Shown one piece after another: positions 9,583 through 18,365 of a DNA stretch of 64,000 nucleotides. Source of the DNA: a virus. Made by a program: the position numbers and the translations under genes. The stretch covers positions 56,005-120,004 of IMG/VR virus record IMGVR_UViG_3300034684_000096; one strand, written 5' to 3'. The notes below the pieces were generated by a model. The model had not been told where the DNA came from, searched no databases, and saw nothing but the letters and a program-made list of their open reading frames with translations. Position 1 is the first letter of the stretch; each line of letters starts with the position of its first letter.

Positions 9583-9652
9583 TGTTCTCTCCTCTATAAT
9601 GTAAGTATATCATAGGGATTGCTTAATGTCAATCCCTATATTTGAAGTTTTT

Positions 9653-9928
9653 TCAGAACGGCATCATTTCTCCATCCCTGTACATATGTCGTAACCTTTG
9701 ACCAACGACCATTGGTTCAATTGTGTATGTATACATACCATACTTGTGATGTAATGTACATTTGGAAGTGTATCCAGCTCGTAAGATACTTGCAATTTCA
9801 GCTTGTGCCAACAGGTAGGTTGTGTGAGCTGAGTGAAAGTCCATTTTTCCAGTTGCTGCGTTGTACACGTAGACTCTATTGATTGCTTTATCCGTTGCGT
9901 AGCTTGCTTTTCTTGGAACGTTTGTCAT
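9653..9928 (-). CDS. hypothetical protein
   Basis: ORF with RBS and promoter. Confidence 0.7.
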   Translation of the reverse strand: MTNVPRKASYATDKAINRVYVYNAATGKMDFHSAHTTYLLAQAEIASILRAGYTSKCTLHHKYGMYTYTIEPMVVGQRLRHMYRDGEMMPF

Positions 9929-10035
9929 TGCCTTTTCTCCTTTACTCTTTAACTATCTATAGTATAGTGGATACTAGTATAAATGTCAATACTATTGTAA
10001 AAAAAAAGATTTATTTTTTATTTTCTGTTTTACTA

Positions 10036-10452
10036 TTGACAAAACTGTATTTTTATGATACAGTTTTTTATAGTGGGGAGCTTATGACACATGACATAAG
10101 TCATAAGTTCAAAATAGAAGTCACTTATGTCTTATGACTTATGACATAAGTTGGTAAAAAAAGCCGTTTTAAGATATGTCATATGACACAAGCGCGAAGA
10201 CCAATATAATACTTATGTCATATGACATAAGTTAAGTTCGGAAGTCATAAGTCCTGACATATGACATAGGCAAACTTCTCACATAAAAAAGGCCACTTAT
10301 GACATATGACATATGACATAAGTCAAGCCGGATATTTACCATATCCGGCTTGTGACATAAGTATAATCCCCATAAGTCATAAGTTCGGAAGTTCGCTATA
10401 CACATATAGTGGTTGCCTAGTTTCTCCCCAACTTTTGACCAACTTATGACAT
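10036..10452 (+). repeat. heptad-repeat non-coding unit, tandem copies 4 and 5
   Basis: TTGACA-17-TACAGT, dense TATGAC(A/T) heptads, CAAGCGCGAAGACC, AACTTCTCACATAAAAAAG block. Confidence 0.85.
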
Positions 10453-10564
10453 TGCCTATAGAACAGGTACAAAGCTATATATAGAATGGTAAAAATAGCC
10501 AAAAAAAATAGCCAAACCCAACGTATGAAACGTTGGGTTTGGTGGTAGTATGGTATATTACATA

Positions 10565-10717
10565 TTATCCAAAGTAGTATACCATACCAGTTTTCTCATT
10601 ATAGCATACGCTATAAAGTCCCTCTTTATCCAATATAGCTTGGATACGCTTGTCATCGTACCCAACATACAACTTGTGACGAAACACACGATTGACCCAT
10701 CTTATTATGTTACTCAT
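10565..10717 (-). CDS. 50-aa protein below the ORF-track cutoff (MSNIIRWVNR...)
   Basis: translated by hand; follows hairpin-RBS repeat; terminator-like hairpin ~10512-10542. Confidence 0.6.
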   Translation of the reverse strand: MSNIIRWVNRVFRHKLYVGYDDKRIQAILDKEGLYSVCYNEKTGMVYYFG

Positions 10718-10945
10718 ATTCAATATCCTTTATATTTTAGGGTAGTACATTACATACTACCCTAGTCATTAATTATAAAGTACCTGTTTTTATACCTCGA
10801 AATTTCATTACTGCTAGTACTTTCTTCCCTTCCCTAGTATTGTACTTTTTAGCGCATACAATACTATCAACCCAGTGCAATCCTGTATAGTAAACTCGAT
10901 ACTTGTCTTTCATATACCGGACCTTTATATCACGATATATAATCA

Positions 10946-11224
10946 TCAATAGTACCTTTCATCTTTGGGTACTATATCGTTATACATGTTTTGTATCAAC
11001 ATGTTATTAGTAACCTTATGATACAAGGGTTTATGCTCTCTTGCTTTTCTAGGTTTACTATGTACAGACTTATGAATTCTATACATTGCTGTATCCAAAT
11101 TGAATAGGTCGTTGAATTTAGCCCGTTCTATACAAGCCTTCTCTACCAGTTCCTTGTAACTGTTACAATTACAAGCTTTAGCTTTCTTGCTACCAGACAA
11201 TTCTAAAAACCGTACTTTAGTCAT
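10946..11224 (-). CDS. basic hypothetical protein
   Basis: ORF after hairpin-RBS repeat. Confidence 0.65.
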   Translation of the reverse strand: MTKVRFLELSGSKKAKACNCNSYKELVEKACIERAKFNDLFNLDTAMYRIHKSVHSKPRKAREHKPLYHKVTNNMLIQNMYNDIVPKDERYY

Positions 11225-11281
11225 TTTTAAATCCCCTTTATATTTTAGGGTAGTACATTACATACTACCCTAGTCATTAAC

Positions 11282-11584
11282 CTAGCAGATAAAACTGTAC
11301 TCACCTAACTCTATACCACCGTACCCATAAGTGAAACTTACAAGGTTTTCAAAACTGAATGTGTTCCATTCTAATTCAGTAACATACAGGGTATTAATTT
11401 TTACCTTGCCATTTAATGCATACAGCCAGTGGTCTACGAATACCAGCCTTGTGCCGCTTGTAAATTCTACAGTAGTGATATCCAAGTGCGTTGATACTTT
11501 ACTGTATACCCTACCACCATGTGCCATTAGAAACTCAATAATTGTATCCTTGTCAATAGAATTGACAACCGTGTGTTTATCCAT
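11282..11584 (-). CDS. hypothetical protein
   Basis: ORF exactly between two hairpin-RBS repeats. Confidence 0.7.
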   Translation of the reverse strand: MDKHTVVNSIDKDTIIEFLMAHGGRVYSKVSTHLDITTVEFTSGTRLVFVDHWLYALNGKVKINTLYVTELEWNTFSFENLVSFTYGYGGIELGEYSFIC

Positions 11585-11639
11585 TTAAATCCCCTTTATA
11601 TTCTAGGGTGGTACATTACATACCACCCTAGTCATTAAT

Positions 11640-12023
11640 TTAGTTAAACATAAACTTGTATAACTTCTCTCGTACTACTTTCCTACTAGGGATAGTCCAG
11701 TCTGCATATCGAGTATAGTCGACTAGTTTCTCACTATTCTTATGCTGACTATAGGTGAACCTTACTGTATTATCGTAAAATGAGTAATACATAGAATGGC
11801 AATGTATATACGGTAAGTCAATATGTTCAACTACCATATATACATCATGGTTGCAATGAGTGTTAATTCTAGCGTTCCAACCAACACCGTTTACTTGCTT
11901 ATTCAATGTTGCAACCATTGATTCGAATTCGTAAAGCAAATAGCTATACTTGCTCCCGATAGTCTCTACTACCGTCTCTCGACTCGACTCATTGTAATCA
12001 ACACAATACTGAATTGTAATCAT
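11640..12023 (-). CDS. hypothetical protein
   Basis: ORF between hairpin repeats. Confidence 0.7.
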   Translation of the reverse strand: MITIQYCVDYNESSRETVVETIGSKYSYLLYEFESMVATLNKQVNGVGWNARINTHCNHDVYMVVEHIDLPYIHCHSMYYSFYDNTVRFTYSQHKNSEKLVDYTRYADWTIPSRKVVREKLYKFMFN

Positions 12024-12086
12024 TATAAATACCCTTTATAAAAGCTTGTATAAGGTAGGGTAAAATACCCTACCCTAGAATGTTAC

Positions 12087-12278
12087 CTAACAAGTAGTGT
12101 TATTCAATAACCACTGTTTGCTAGCGTTGTCAATATGCTGGACCTTGCTATCTGCTAGTAATGTTTCGTATGCCTCTTTAAGCTCTTTATTGCTATAATC
12201 TTTCAACTCTATAGCAAACAGCTCTACATAAGACTTAGAATATAGCTTAGAAGCTAGCTCAATAATTTTTTCTATCAT
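12087..12278 (-). CDS. hypothetical protein, first gene of the early array
   Basis: GGAGG RBS. Confidence 0.65.
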   Translation of the reverse strand: MIEKIIELASKLYSKSYVELFAIELKDYSNKELKEAYETLLADSKVQHIDNASKQWLLNNTTC

Positions 12279-12986
12279 GGTATATGCCTCCCTCTATTGA
12301 GATACGATACTACAAAGTAGTATTTTTCAGATATCCTACGGGTTACACGCTGAACTACTAGGGTCAGTCCTCAACTGACGGCTTTTTATCTGGTAACCGG
12401 ATATCATGCTAGTTAATGTAAAAAAACCTTATCTATACTTAAGAGTATGGGCTGCCAATGTGTTCTTGTGTTGTATGATTTATAGAGTGTTTATGTAGTA
12501 TGTGTGGTTTATGTGTAGTAGTGTATCTAGTAGCATATACATAAACATGCGATATCATAGTACTATCTAATTTGCTCTCATTTGCACGTGAGGCGGCCTA
12601 GAATCAATCTTATATATCAAGTTAAAGAATTACACCGGCCATGTTAATAAAATGCAGTAGCGACAATATACGGGTTTTTACAATATACTACTAGTATAAA
12701 AGTTATATAAGAATTATATAGGATAGCATAGTGTATATTTTATGCATAGAGATTGCATAAACAGGTTGTATGGTATTGCTATAGTTGTTGTATAAAAGTT
12801 ATATAGGTTTTATACAGGTTTTATACAGGTTTTATATAGGACTGATATTTGTCCGATATCAAAGTTATATAGGTTTTATATTAAAATAGTTGAGTTTTTG
12901 TATAGGTTTTATATGGGGGGTACTGCGCACTCCCCTCTCGCAATTTTTGCACTATTTTCCATTCCCTATTTAGGAATTTTTGTGCG

Positions 12987-13128
12987 TAAGTTGCTTATAA
13001 GGGTGGTTTAATTCCGGTAAGTTGCTTATAAGGGTGGTTTAATTCCGGTAAGTTGCATATTAGGGTGGTTTAATTCCGGTAAGTTGCTTATAAGGGTGGT
13101 TTAATTCCGGTAAGTTGCATATTAGGGT
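12987..13128. repeat. 31-bp tandem repeat, ~4.6 copies
   Basis: TAAGTTGC(TTATA/ATATT)AGGGTGGTTTAATTCCGG at 12987, 13018, 13049, 13080, 13111 (partial). Confidence 0.95.
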
Positions 13129-13368
13129 TTTGAATGTCTCTATATAGGTAAGTTGCATACATGATACATAACATCTGTTATATAACAACTACTACGATAA
13201 TGTTTCTTATATCTCATTTCTTTACTGAACAGCTACTATAGTATTACTTATACCCTATATGGTATATTTAATAAATAACCCTTAAAAGGTATAAGTTCGG
13301 ATATGAAAAAAGGGAAGTAGTATATAAACTACCTCCCTCTATATTTTTTCCTCCCAATTTTTTATTAC

Positions 13369-13599
13369 TTATTGGGTCAATTTCGCTTCTATGTCATCAA
13401 CATATGATGTAGGCTCTTTTTTATCATGTTCTTTTCTTATATTCTCTAGTTGCTGGCTATACTTCTCATCTATTGAATCTAATGCTTTACCAATTCTTTT
13501 ATTAGTTACGATTAAGGATATGATTTCTATAATATCCTTTATTGCTGAGATTAGACCATAGACCCCGAATCCCATAAATACTAATGCTAGTGTTTCCAT
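13369..13599 (-). CDS. small membrane protein
   Basis: hydrophobic N-terminus; terminator-like hairpin ~13310-13340. Confidence 0.65.
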   Translation of the reverse strand: METLALVFMGFGVYGLISAIKDIIEIISLIVTNKRIGKALDSIDEKYSQQLENIRKEHDKKEPTSYVDDIEAKLTQ

Positions 13600-13616
13600 C
13601 TGTATATTCCTTTATA

Positions 13617-13841
13617 TTATACTCTGTTGTTCCAATCATTAACAAGTTTTATTGCCTTCTCTCTTGTGAACTTTTTATCATCACTCCAACAAATATTCAA
13701 AGTACAGCCATCAATCCAGCCCCATGCAGTGCCATTTGTGTTTGGGTGCCTATTTGTATGTACTTCTAGTGTTACATTATCGTTTATTGGTATGATTTCT
13801 TGCTTACAACAATCAATTCCTAATACAATCTTTTCCATCAC
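13617..13841 (-). CDS. hypothetical protein
   Basis: translationally coupled ORF. Confidence 0.65.
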   Translation of the reverse strand: MMEKIVLGIDCCKQEIIPINDNVTLEVHTNRHPNTNGTAWGWIDGCTLNICWSDDKKFTREKAIKLVNDWNNRV

Positions 13842-14209
13842 ACCCTCCTATTCCAGATGTCTATCGCCTCTTGCTTTGTTTTTCCTGTTCCGACCTCTGC
13901 TAAACAATCATCATTGGTACAGCAATACCAAAAATACCCATTGTTTTCTAGATTTGGATATTCCCCACAGAACGGGCATGGCAAGCATCCATCCTCGTTG
14001 AGGATACCAAGGTCTTTGAAGGAAATTACTTTTGGGTCTGAATTCGAACAACTACTCCCAACATCAAGATTTGCTTCAACCCCATTTCCAGTTTCCCTGT
14101 ATACCCACCTATAACCAAAGCCATACTCCTCAACCAATTTAAACATGTGACGAGTACCATCCTTTAATGTTTCAACCCACTGTTCACCTAACTTTCTCTT
14201 TTCCATCAT
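13838..14209 (-). CDS. Lar (restriction alleviation)-like Zn-finger protein
   Basis: LPCPFCGE...C..C...TKQEAIDIWNRR motif. Confidence 0.7.
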   Translation of the reverse strand: MMEKRKLGEQWVETLKDGTRHMFKLVEEYGFGYRWVYRETGNGVEANLDVGSSCSNSDPKVISFKDLGILNEDGCLPCPFCGEYPNLENNGYFWYCCTNDDCLAEVGTGKTKQEAIDIWNRRV

Positions 14210-14592
14210 TTCTCCTCCCATTCGTCGGGCAGGGTGAGTGAATCTTTCCAGTTGCCTGTGTAGTCGATGAGGTTTTTTGGTAGTTCTTCACCAAAACTCC
14301 CGAACTGATTGTCATACCAAATCCATGTAACCAACCCTATTTCAGGCTTCTTTGGGAACCACCACAACCTGTTTTCTGCATCGATTGCGACAGGTTTACC
14401 GAGAATGTTTGCCCATTCCTTGAGCGATTTCTTCCCACCACTCATTAGCCTGTCATAGGCTTTGGCTTTATTAAAAGCATCTATGCAATATGCCTTCATC
14501 CATTCAAGATAGCCTTGTGGTGTCCTTGTGCCATCCCACTCAATCCCCGTCTCTTCCTCAAACCGCTTCATCATTTCAGTCTTTTCCATCAT
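14206..14592 (-). CDS. hypothetical protein, MMEKTEMMKR family
   Basis: paralog of 14589-14987; start moved to MMEK. Confidence 0.75.
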   Translation of the reverse strand: MMEKTEMMKRFEEETGIEWDGTRTPQGYLEWMKAYCIDAFNKAKAYDRLMSGGKKSLKEWANILGKPVAIDAENRLWWFPKKPEIGLVTWIWYDNQFGSFGEELPKNLIDYTGNWKDSLTLPDEWEEK

Positions 14593-14987
14593 TTTTCCTC
14601 CAATCCGTCGGGCAATGTGAGTGAGTCTCGCCAGTCTCCGGTGTAGTAAACCGGAATACCACATATCTCCACATAATCTTCAGAGCTACTGCTCCAAAAA
14701 TCAAAATAAGCTCCTTTTATGATTTTAGGCATAGATTTGTGGGCTGTGAAAGTGCCATCACTTTCTTGCACCACAGGAAGACCAACAAAATTAGCTAATT
14801 CCTTTATAGACATTCCCCCACCACTCATCAGCCTGTCGTAGGCGTCGGCTTTGGCTTCAAGCCATTGAAGATACTGATAATGCCAGATATCAAACCAAAC
14901 ATTATGGATACCGTCAGTTATGCCTCTTACACTCTTCCTACCAGTCTCCGCTTCATACCTCTTCATCATTTCAGTCTTTTCCATCAT
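14589..14987 (-). CDS. hypothetical protein, MMEKTEMMKR family
   Basis: shared N-terminal, central and C-terminal blocks. Confidence 0.75.
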   Translation of the reverse strand: MMEKTEMMKRYEAETGRKSVRGITDGIHNVWFDIWHYQYLQWLEAKADAYDRLMSGGGMSIKELANFVGLPVVQESDGTFTAHKSMPKIIKGAYFDFWSSSSEDYVEICGIPVYYTGDWRDSLTLPDGLEEK

Positions 14988-15166
14988 TTCAACTCCTTGT
15001 AATAATCAATCATTTTGTTATAGATGGCAAAGAACGTCTCCGCTATTGTTCCCACATCCTCAACACTAAATTTTGCTCCCCTCCCTGTGTAGAGTTGTTC
15101 CAACGGCTTCACACCTTCTTCAAGAATTGAGACAACCTTTTCATAAATCTCATTGGTTTCTTCCAT
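14984..15166 (-). CDS. hypothetical protein
   Basis: coupled ORF with GGAGG RBS. Confidence 0.6.
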   Translation of the reverse strand: MEETNEIYEKVVSILEEGVKPLEQLYTGRGAKFSVEDVGTIAETFFAIYNKMIDYYKELK

Positions 15167-15458
15167 GCAATTCCTCCTTGATTCTCTCTATCAGTTCCTT
15201 CGCTTCTATCGGGTGCGTCTTTGGGTCGAGTAGTACAGCATCATTGCACTTCAGACTGCACACGGTAGCTATGTTCAATGGGTGGTGAATCACTTCCTTT
15301 CCGTATTGCTTCAAGTAGCTCTTGCTTTTCGCTATCCTATGAGCTATCTGTAGGTTGCCGAGGTGCAACGGTTTCCCGCACACCTCGCATTTACAACCAC
15401 GCTCTACCATCAAGCGGATACGGTTCTCTTGACAGTCCAATCGTTCTCGTTCTGTCAT
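15150..15458 (-). CDS. HNH/NinG-like Zn-binding nuclease
   Basis: CEVCG...QIAHRI...NIATVCSLKCN. Confidence 0.65.
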   Translation of the reverse strand: MTERERLDCQENRIRLMVERGCKCEVCGKPLHLGNLQIAHRIAKSKSYLKQYGKEVIHHPLNIATVCSLKCNDAVLLDPKTHPIEAKELIERIKEELHGRNQ

Positions 15459-15925
15459 GAAAGCATCTCGTGGTTGTCGTGAATATTGCCGATGACTTCA
15501 AAATCTGCATCACAAAAATTCAATTCTGAGAATGGCGTTAGGTAATCCATATCAAGTTCATCCGCTCCAACAAAATCTCTCCATTCTTTGTTTTTAACGC
15601 CTTTAAGCTGGAACGACATATTATCTGATGAATACACAATCGTTCCTGTAAGTTCTGATTCTCTCTCTGCGCCATCAAACCACCACCATATAAATCTAAC
15701 AATATCACCCTCAAAAATCATTTTTCCATTGCGGTCTTTAAGGCCAGTGAATTGCTCAATTACAACATTGTCACTGAATTTCGTGTTGAATGGAGATAGG
15801 CTTGCAGAATCATCTACATCTAATCCACCATTCATTGGATTAATGTAGAACGCTCCAAATTTACCAACCATAACATCATACTCATAGTTTACCCCATTCC
15901 AAACCCTAAACAATATCTCTCTCAT
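15455..15925 (-). CDS. YopX family protein
   Basis: MREILFRVW...QFTGLKDRNGKMIFEGDIV...EVIGNIHDN. Confidence 0.9.
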   Translation of the reverse strand: MREILFRVWNGVNYEYDVMVGKFGAFYINPMNGGLDVDDSASLSPFNTKFSDNVVIEQFTGLKDRNGKMIFEGDIVRFIWWWFDGAERESELTGTIVYSSDNMSFQLKGVKNKEWRDFVGADELDMDYLTPFSELNFCDADFEVIGNIHDNHEMLS

Positions 15926-15934
15926 GCTTTCCTC

Positions 15935-16165
15935 CTAAAACGGAATTCCTAAATCTGAACTATCATCAGCAAAACTCTCCGGTCCACTCTGTTGCTTCAG
16001 GTATCGGTTCTCTTCCTTCGGCTCGCTCTTACCACTCATCAGCCTGTCATAGGCTTCGGCTTCTAGCCATCGAGTATACTCATCAAACGGGTATTCAGTA
16101 AGGTAGTCCACAGCCTCCCTACCAGTCTCCGCCTCATACCTCTTCATCATTTCAGTCTTTTCCAT
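15935..16165 (-). CDS. short member of MMEKTEMMKR family
   Basis: MEKTEMMKRYEAETGR...AYDRLMSG with acidic DLGIPF tail. Confidence 0.65.
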   Translation of the reverse strand: MEKTEMMKRYEAETGREAVDYLTEYPFDEYTRWLEAEAYDRLMSGKSEPKEENRYLKQQSGPESFADDSSDLGIPF

Positions 16166-16542
16166 CACACCCTCCAGTTCCATGCGTCTATAATCTGCTT
16201 TAAGAAATAGGCCATATCTGTGGAATAACCCCTCATAATATGCTCATAATACCCACAAGTAAGTTTGATAAAATGCCAACCCCCTATTGGCTCAATACCT
16301 CTTTCAATCTTTGGATACTCCCCACAGAACGGGCAGGGAAGCAAGCCATCGTCATTAAGTATGCCAAGGTCTTTGATGATAAAAAAACTTCCCATCTGAC
16401 AGTCGTCAAAACCCTTCCAGCAACAACCACCTTGATTGCAGTTGAATAGGCATCCTTTGCACAGTTCAATAGGTGCCACCGCCTTCACCATATGCTTCTG
16501 CCCGTCGATAATCTCTATCCACTGCTCTCCTAGTTCTCTCAT
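16165..16542 (-). CDS. Lar-like Zn-finger protein, paralog of 13838-14209
   Basis: LGEQW..KDLGILNDDGLLPCPFCGEYP..IDAWNWRV. Confidence 0.7.
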   Translation of the reverse strand: MRELGEQWIEIIDGQKHMVKAVAPIELCKGCLFNCNQGGCCWKGFDDCQMGSFFIIKDLGILNDDGLLPCPFCGEYPKIERGIEPIGGWHFIKLTCGYYEHIMRGYSTDMAYFLKQIIDAWNWRV

Positions 16543-16826
16543 ATTGGTTCTCCCTCTGGTACTGGTGGGATGGGGACATATCTAATTACTTGATAACGAC
16601 CTAGCCATCCACCAACGTATTGGCATAGGTTGTAATGAACACTTCCTGTCTCGTTATCAAGTAACTCGCACCAATATAGTCCTGCCTTTTCCGGCTTCTC
16701 AGTTGTTGGTCGCCAGCGGAGTTGGGCTTTCAGTTTAGTATTTTCTAATTTCATAATAGAAAATTTCTCTCTTAACATACGAATCTCTTGATACATATTT
16801 TTCTCAAAGTCATTCATTTCAAACAC
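16539..16826 (-). CDS. DUF551-like phage protein
   Basis: WRPTTEKPE...YW...VIRYVPIPPVPE. Confidence 0.55.
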   Translation of the reverse strand: MFEMNDFEKNMYQEIRMLREKFSIMKLENTKLKAQLRWRPTTEKPEKAGLYWCELLDNETGSVHYNLCQYVGGWLGRYQVIRYVPIPPVPEGEPI

Positions 16827-16835
16827 ACCCCTCTA

Positions 16836-17144
16836 TCATAGCTTCTCCAATAATGCATCCACCATTTCAAAGGTTTCTTTATCTGCGTAATCAATATGGT
16901 AGTCAGTACATAATGATACTAATGCTTCTTCAAAACCATCAACATCACCTATGTAATTGAATATATCATAGAGATTGTATTCTGCGGTTACTTTTGCACA
17001 GTTATTGCAAACCCTCCACGTGTAGATATCATCATTCTCTTCCACCACTTCTTTCAGATATTCAGTACCTGTAGTAATAGATTGAGAACAATAGCTACAG
17101 AAATATTGTTTGTCTGCTTTAACTATTTCACAGCTTAGTGTCAT
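16836..17144 (-). CDS. Zn-finger hypothetical protein
   Basis: CSYC...I..G.EY...CNNC. Confidence 0.65.
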   Translation of the reverse strand: MTLSCEIVKADKQYFCSYCSQSITTGTEYLKEVVEENDDIYTWRVCNNCAKVTAEYNLYDIFNYIGDVDGFEEALVSLCTDYHIDYADKETFEMVDALLEKL

Positions 17145-17147
17145 AGT

Positions 17148-17429
17148 TTACTCACATACCTCATAAGTCTTTTCAAAGATATCAGGTTTACATGGGTAGA
17201 ATTCACCATTTACACCCCGAATAATCCAGTCCCCTTCATTAGCTTTCATAACTCCCTCTAGTGTTTCAATATTTAAAGAAAATATTGGAGGAGCAATACC
17301 TGCTACATATGCGGTTTCGGATTCTAGATTTTCCTCAAGTTCCTTGCCGATAAATGCTTCAATCTCTTGCCTATTGTATTTTGTATATTGAATCGCTTCA
17401 ATTACCACTGGTTTCTTTCTAAATTTCAT
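17148..17429 (-). CDS. conserved phage protein (RKKPVVIEA / PGDYG-like family)
   Basis: MKFRKKPVVIEAIQ...TLEG...GDWIIRGVNGEFYPCKPDIFEKTY. Confidence 0.85.
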   Translation of the reverse strand: MKFRKKPVVIEAIQYTKYNRQEIEAFIGKELEENLESETAYVAGIAPPIFSLNIETLEGVMKANEGDWIIRGVNGEFYPCKPDIFEKTYEVCE

Positions 17430-17802
17430 GAATTAACTCCTAAATACTCTTCGCCCATATAATCGTTATATCTACTAGTACTCTCAGCATAAGCCAAGGC
17501 TTCAAATAAAGCATCTTTAGTAATAAATGTTCTAATACTTACTTCATTAGAAGTATTTTTTAAATCAATCTGATAGGCATTTCTATATACCTCGATGTCT
17601 GTAATTATGTAGCTATCTCCCATATTATTTATCTCCTATAATTGTATGCTTTGGCTCTACTTGATGGTCACAATCAATCATAATGTTCTCATTTCTATCA
17701 ATGATGATATCTTCATTCAATAACTGTCGTGACTCTTTATCAAATGAAGAGTAAATAAGAACATTTGCACTGTCAGATAAATCTGCCAATAGGTGTTTCA
17801 GT

Positions 17803-18129
17803 TCATATACTAACATTATCTACTACCTCCAATTTAGTACCAAAAGTATTAGCATAATACTCTTGTTCTTCAGTCAAATTATCTTCAAATACATGTCCGT
17901 GTTCCCATAAACTATCATTTACTTTATCAAAAGCAATTGGTCTGGTGTTATAGCTCACAATTGTTTGTGTATAGAGAGTGAACGGTCTCCCACAACGGTC
18001 GCATTCGGTTATCTGACTATCTTCATCCATATACTCCCAAGAGTCTGAGAATTTATGCCCACAGTAAGGGCAGATAATGGCATCGGTATAGGCGCAGTCT
18101 ACAAAACTCGTCTTTACTTTAACTTTCAT
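17803..18129 (-). CDS. Zn-ribbon hypothetical protein
   Basis: CPYCG...CDRCG. Confidence 0.65.
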   Translation of the reverse strand: MKVKVKTSFVDCAYTDAIICPYCGHKFSDSWEYMDEDSQITECDRCGRPFTLYTQTIVSYNTRPIAFDKVNDSLWEHGHVFEDNLTEEQEYYANTFGTKLEVVDNVSI

Positions 18130-18365
18130 TCTTTAATCCTTCTTCACAGTACTCTTTACGGTTATACACAGTGCCTTGTTGCATATCCACCCTATACCAG
18201 TTATGTTCCCCTACATCTTTATTACCTTCAATATTTTTATTAGGTAACACATTTATTTCAAATGTATCATCTCGCATACAAATAGCTATTTCATTACCTT
18301 CTTCTGTTCTCATAACAAAATTACTATATACTTCCTCAATAATAAAGCATCTATCTTCATCTACA

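Larger units (their letters stand above)
3065..9652 (-). promoter_or_regulatory. family of 8 stem-loop early promoters (~3065, 4433, 4833, 6008, 7725, 8600, 9005, 9587)
   Basis: each ~65 bp: AAACTT..ATAGGG-TTGAC(T/A)-17 bp-TATACT (TACAAT once)-RBS, with an ATAGGG(G/A)TTG...CAA(C/T)CCCTAT inverted repeat over the -35 box. Confidence 0.9.
10727..11638 (-). repeat. three ~46-bp intergenic hairpin+RBS repeats (10727, 11232, 11590); variant at ~12050
   Basis: TTAATGACTAGGGT(A/G)GTATGTAATGTAC(T/C)ACCCTA(A/G)AATATAAAGG on the - strand. Confidence 0.9.

Noticed and set aside
5316-10452. Heptad units or stem-loop promoters as CRISPR mini-arrays or integron attC sites
   Set aside because: No constant repeat-spacer period, no GTTRRRY/RYYYAAC ends and no integrase seen.
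10773-10913. Frameshifted small gene (ATGAAAA then KDKYRVYYTG...GTL stop in another frame)
   Set aside because: Plausible pseudogene or single-base sequencing error, but too short to support without homologues.
12987-13128. 31-bp repeats as a CRISPR array
   Set aside because: Units are head-to-tail with no unique spacers, and no cas genes are in the window.
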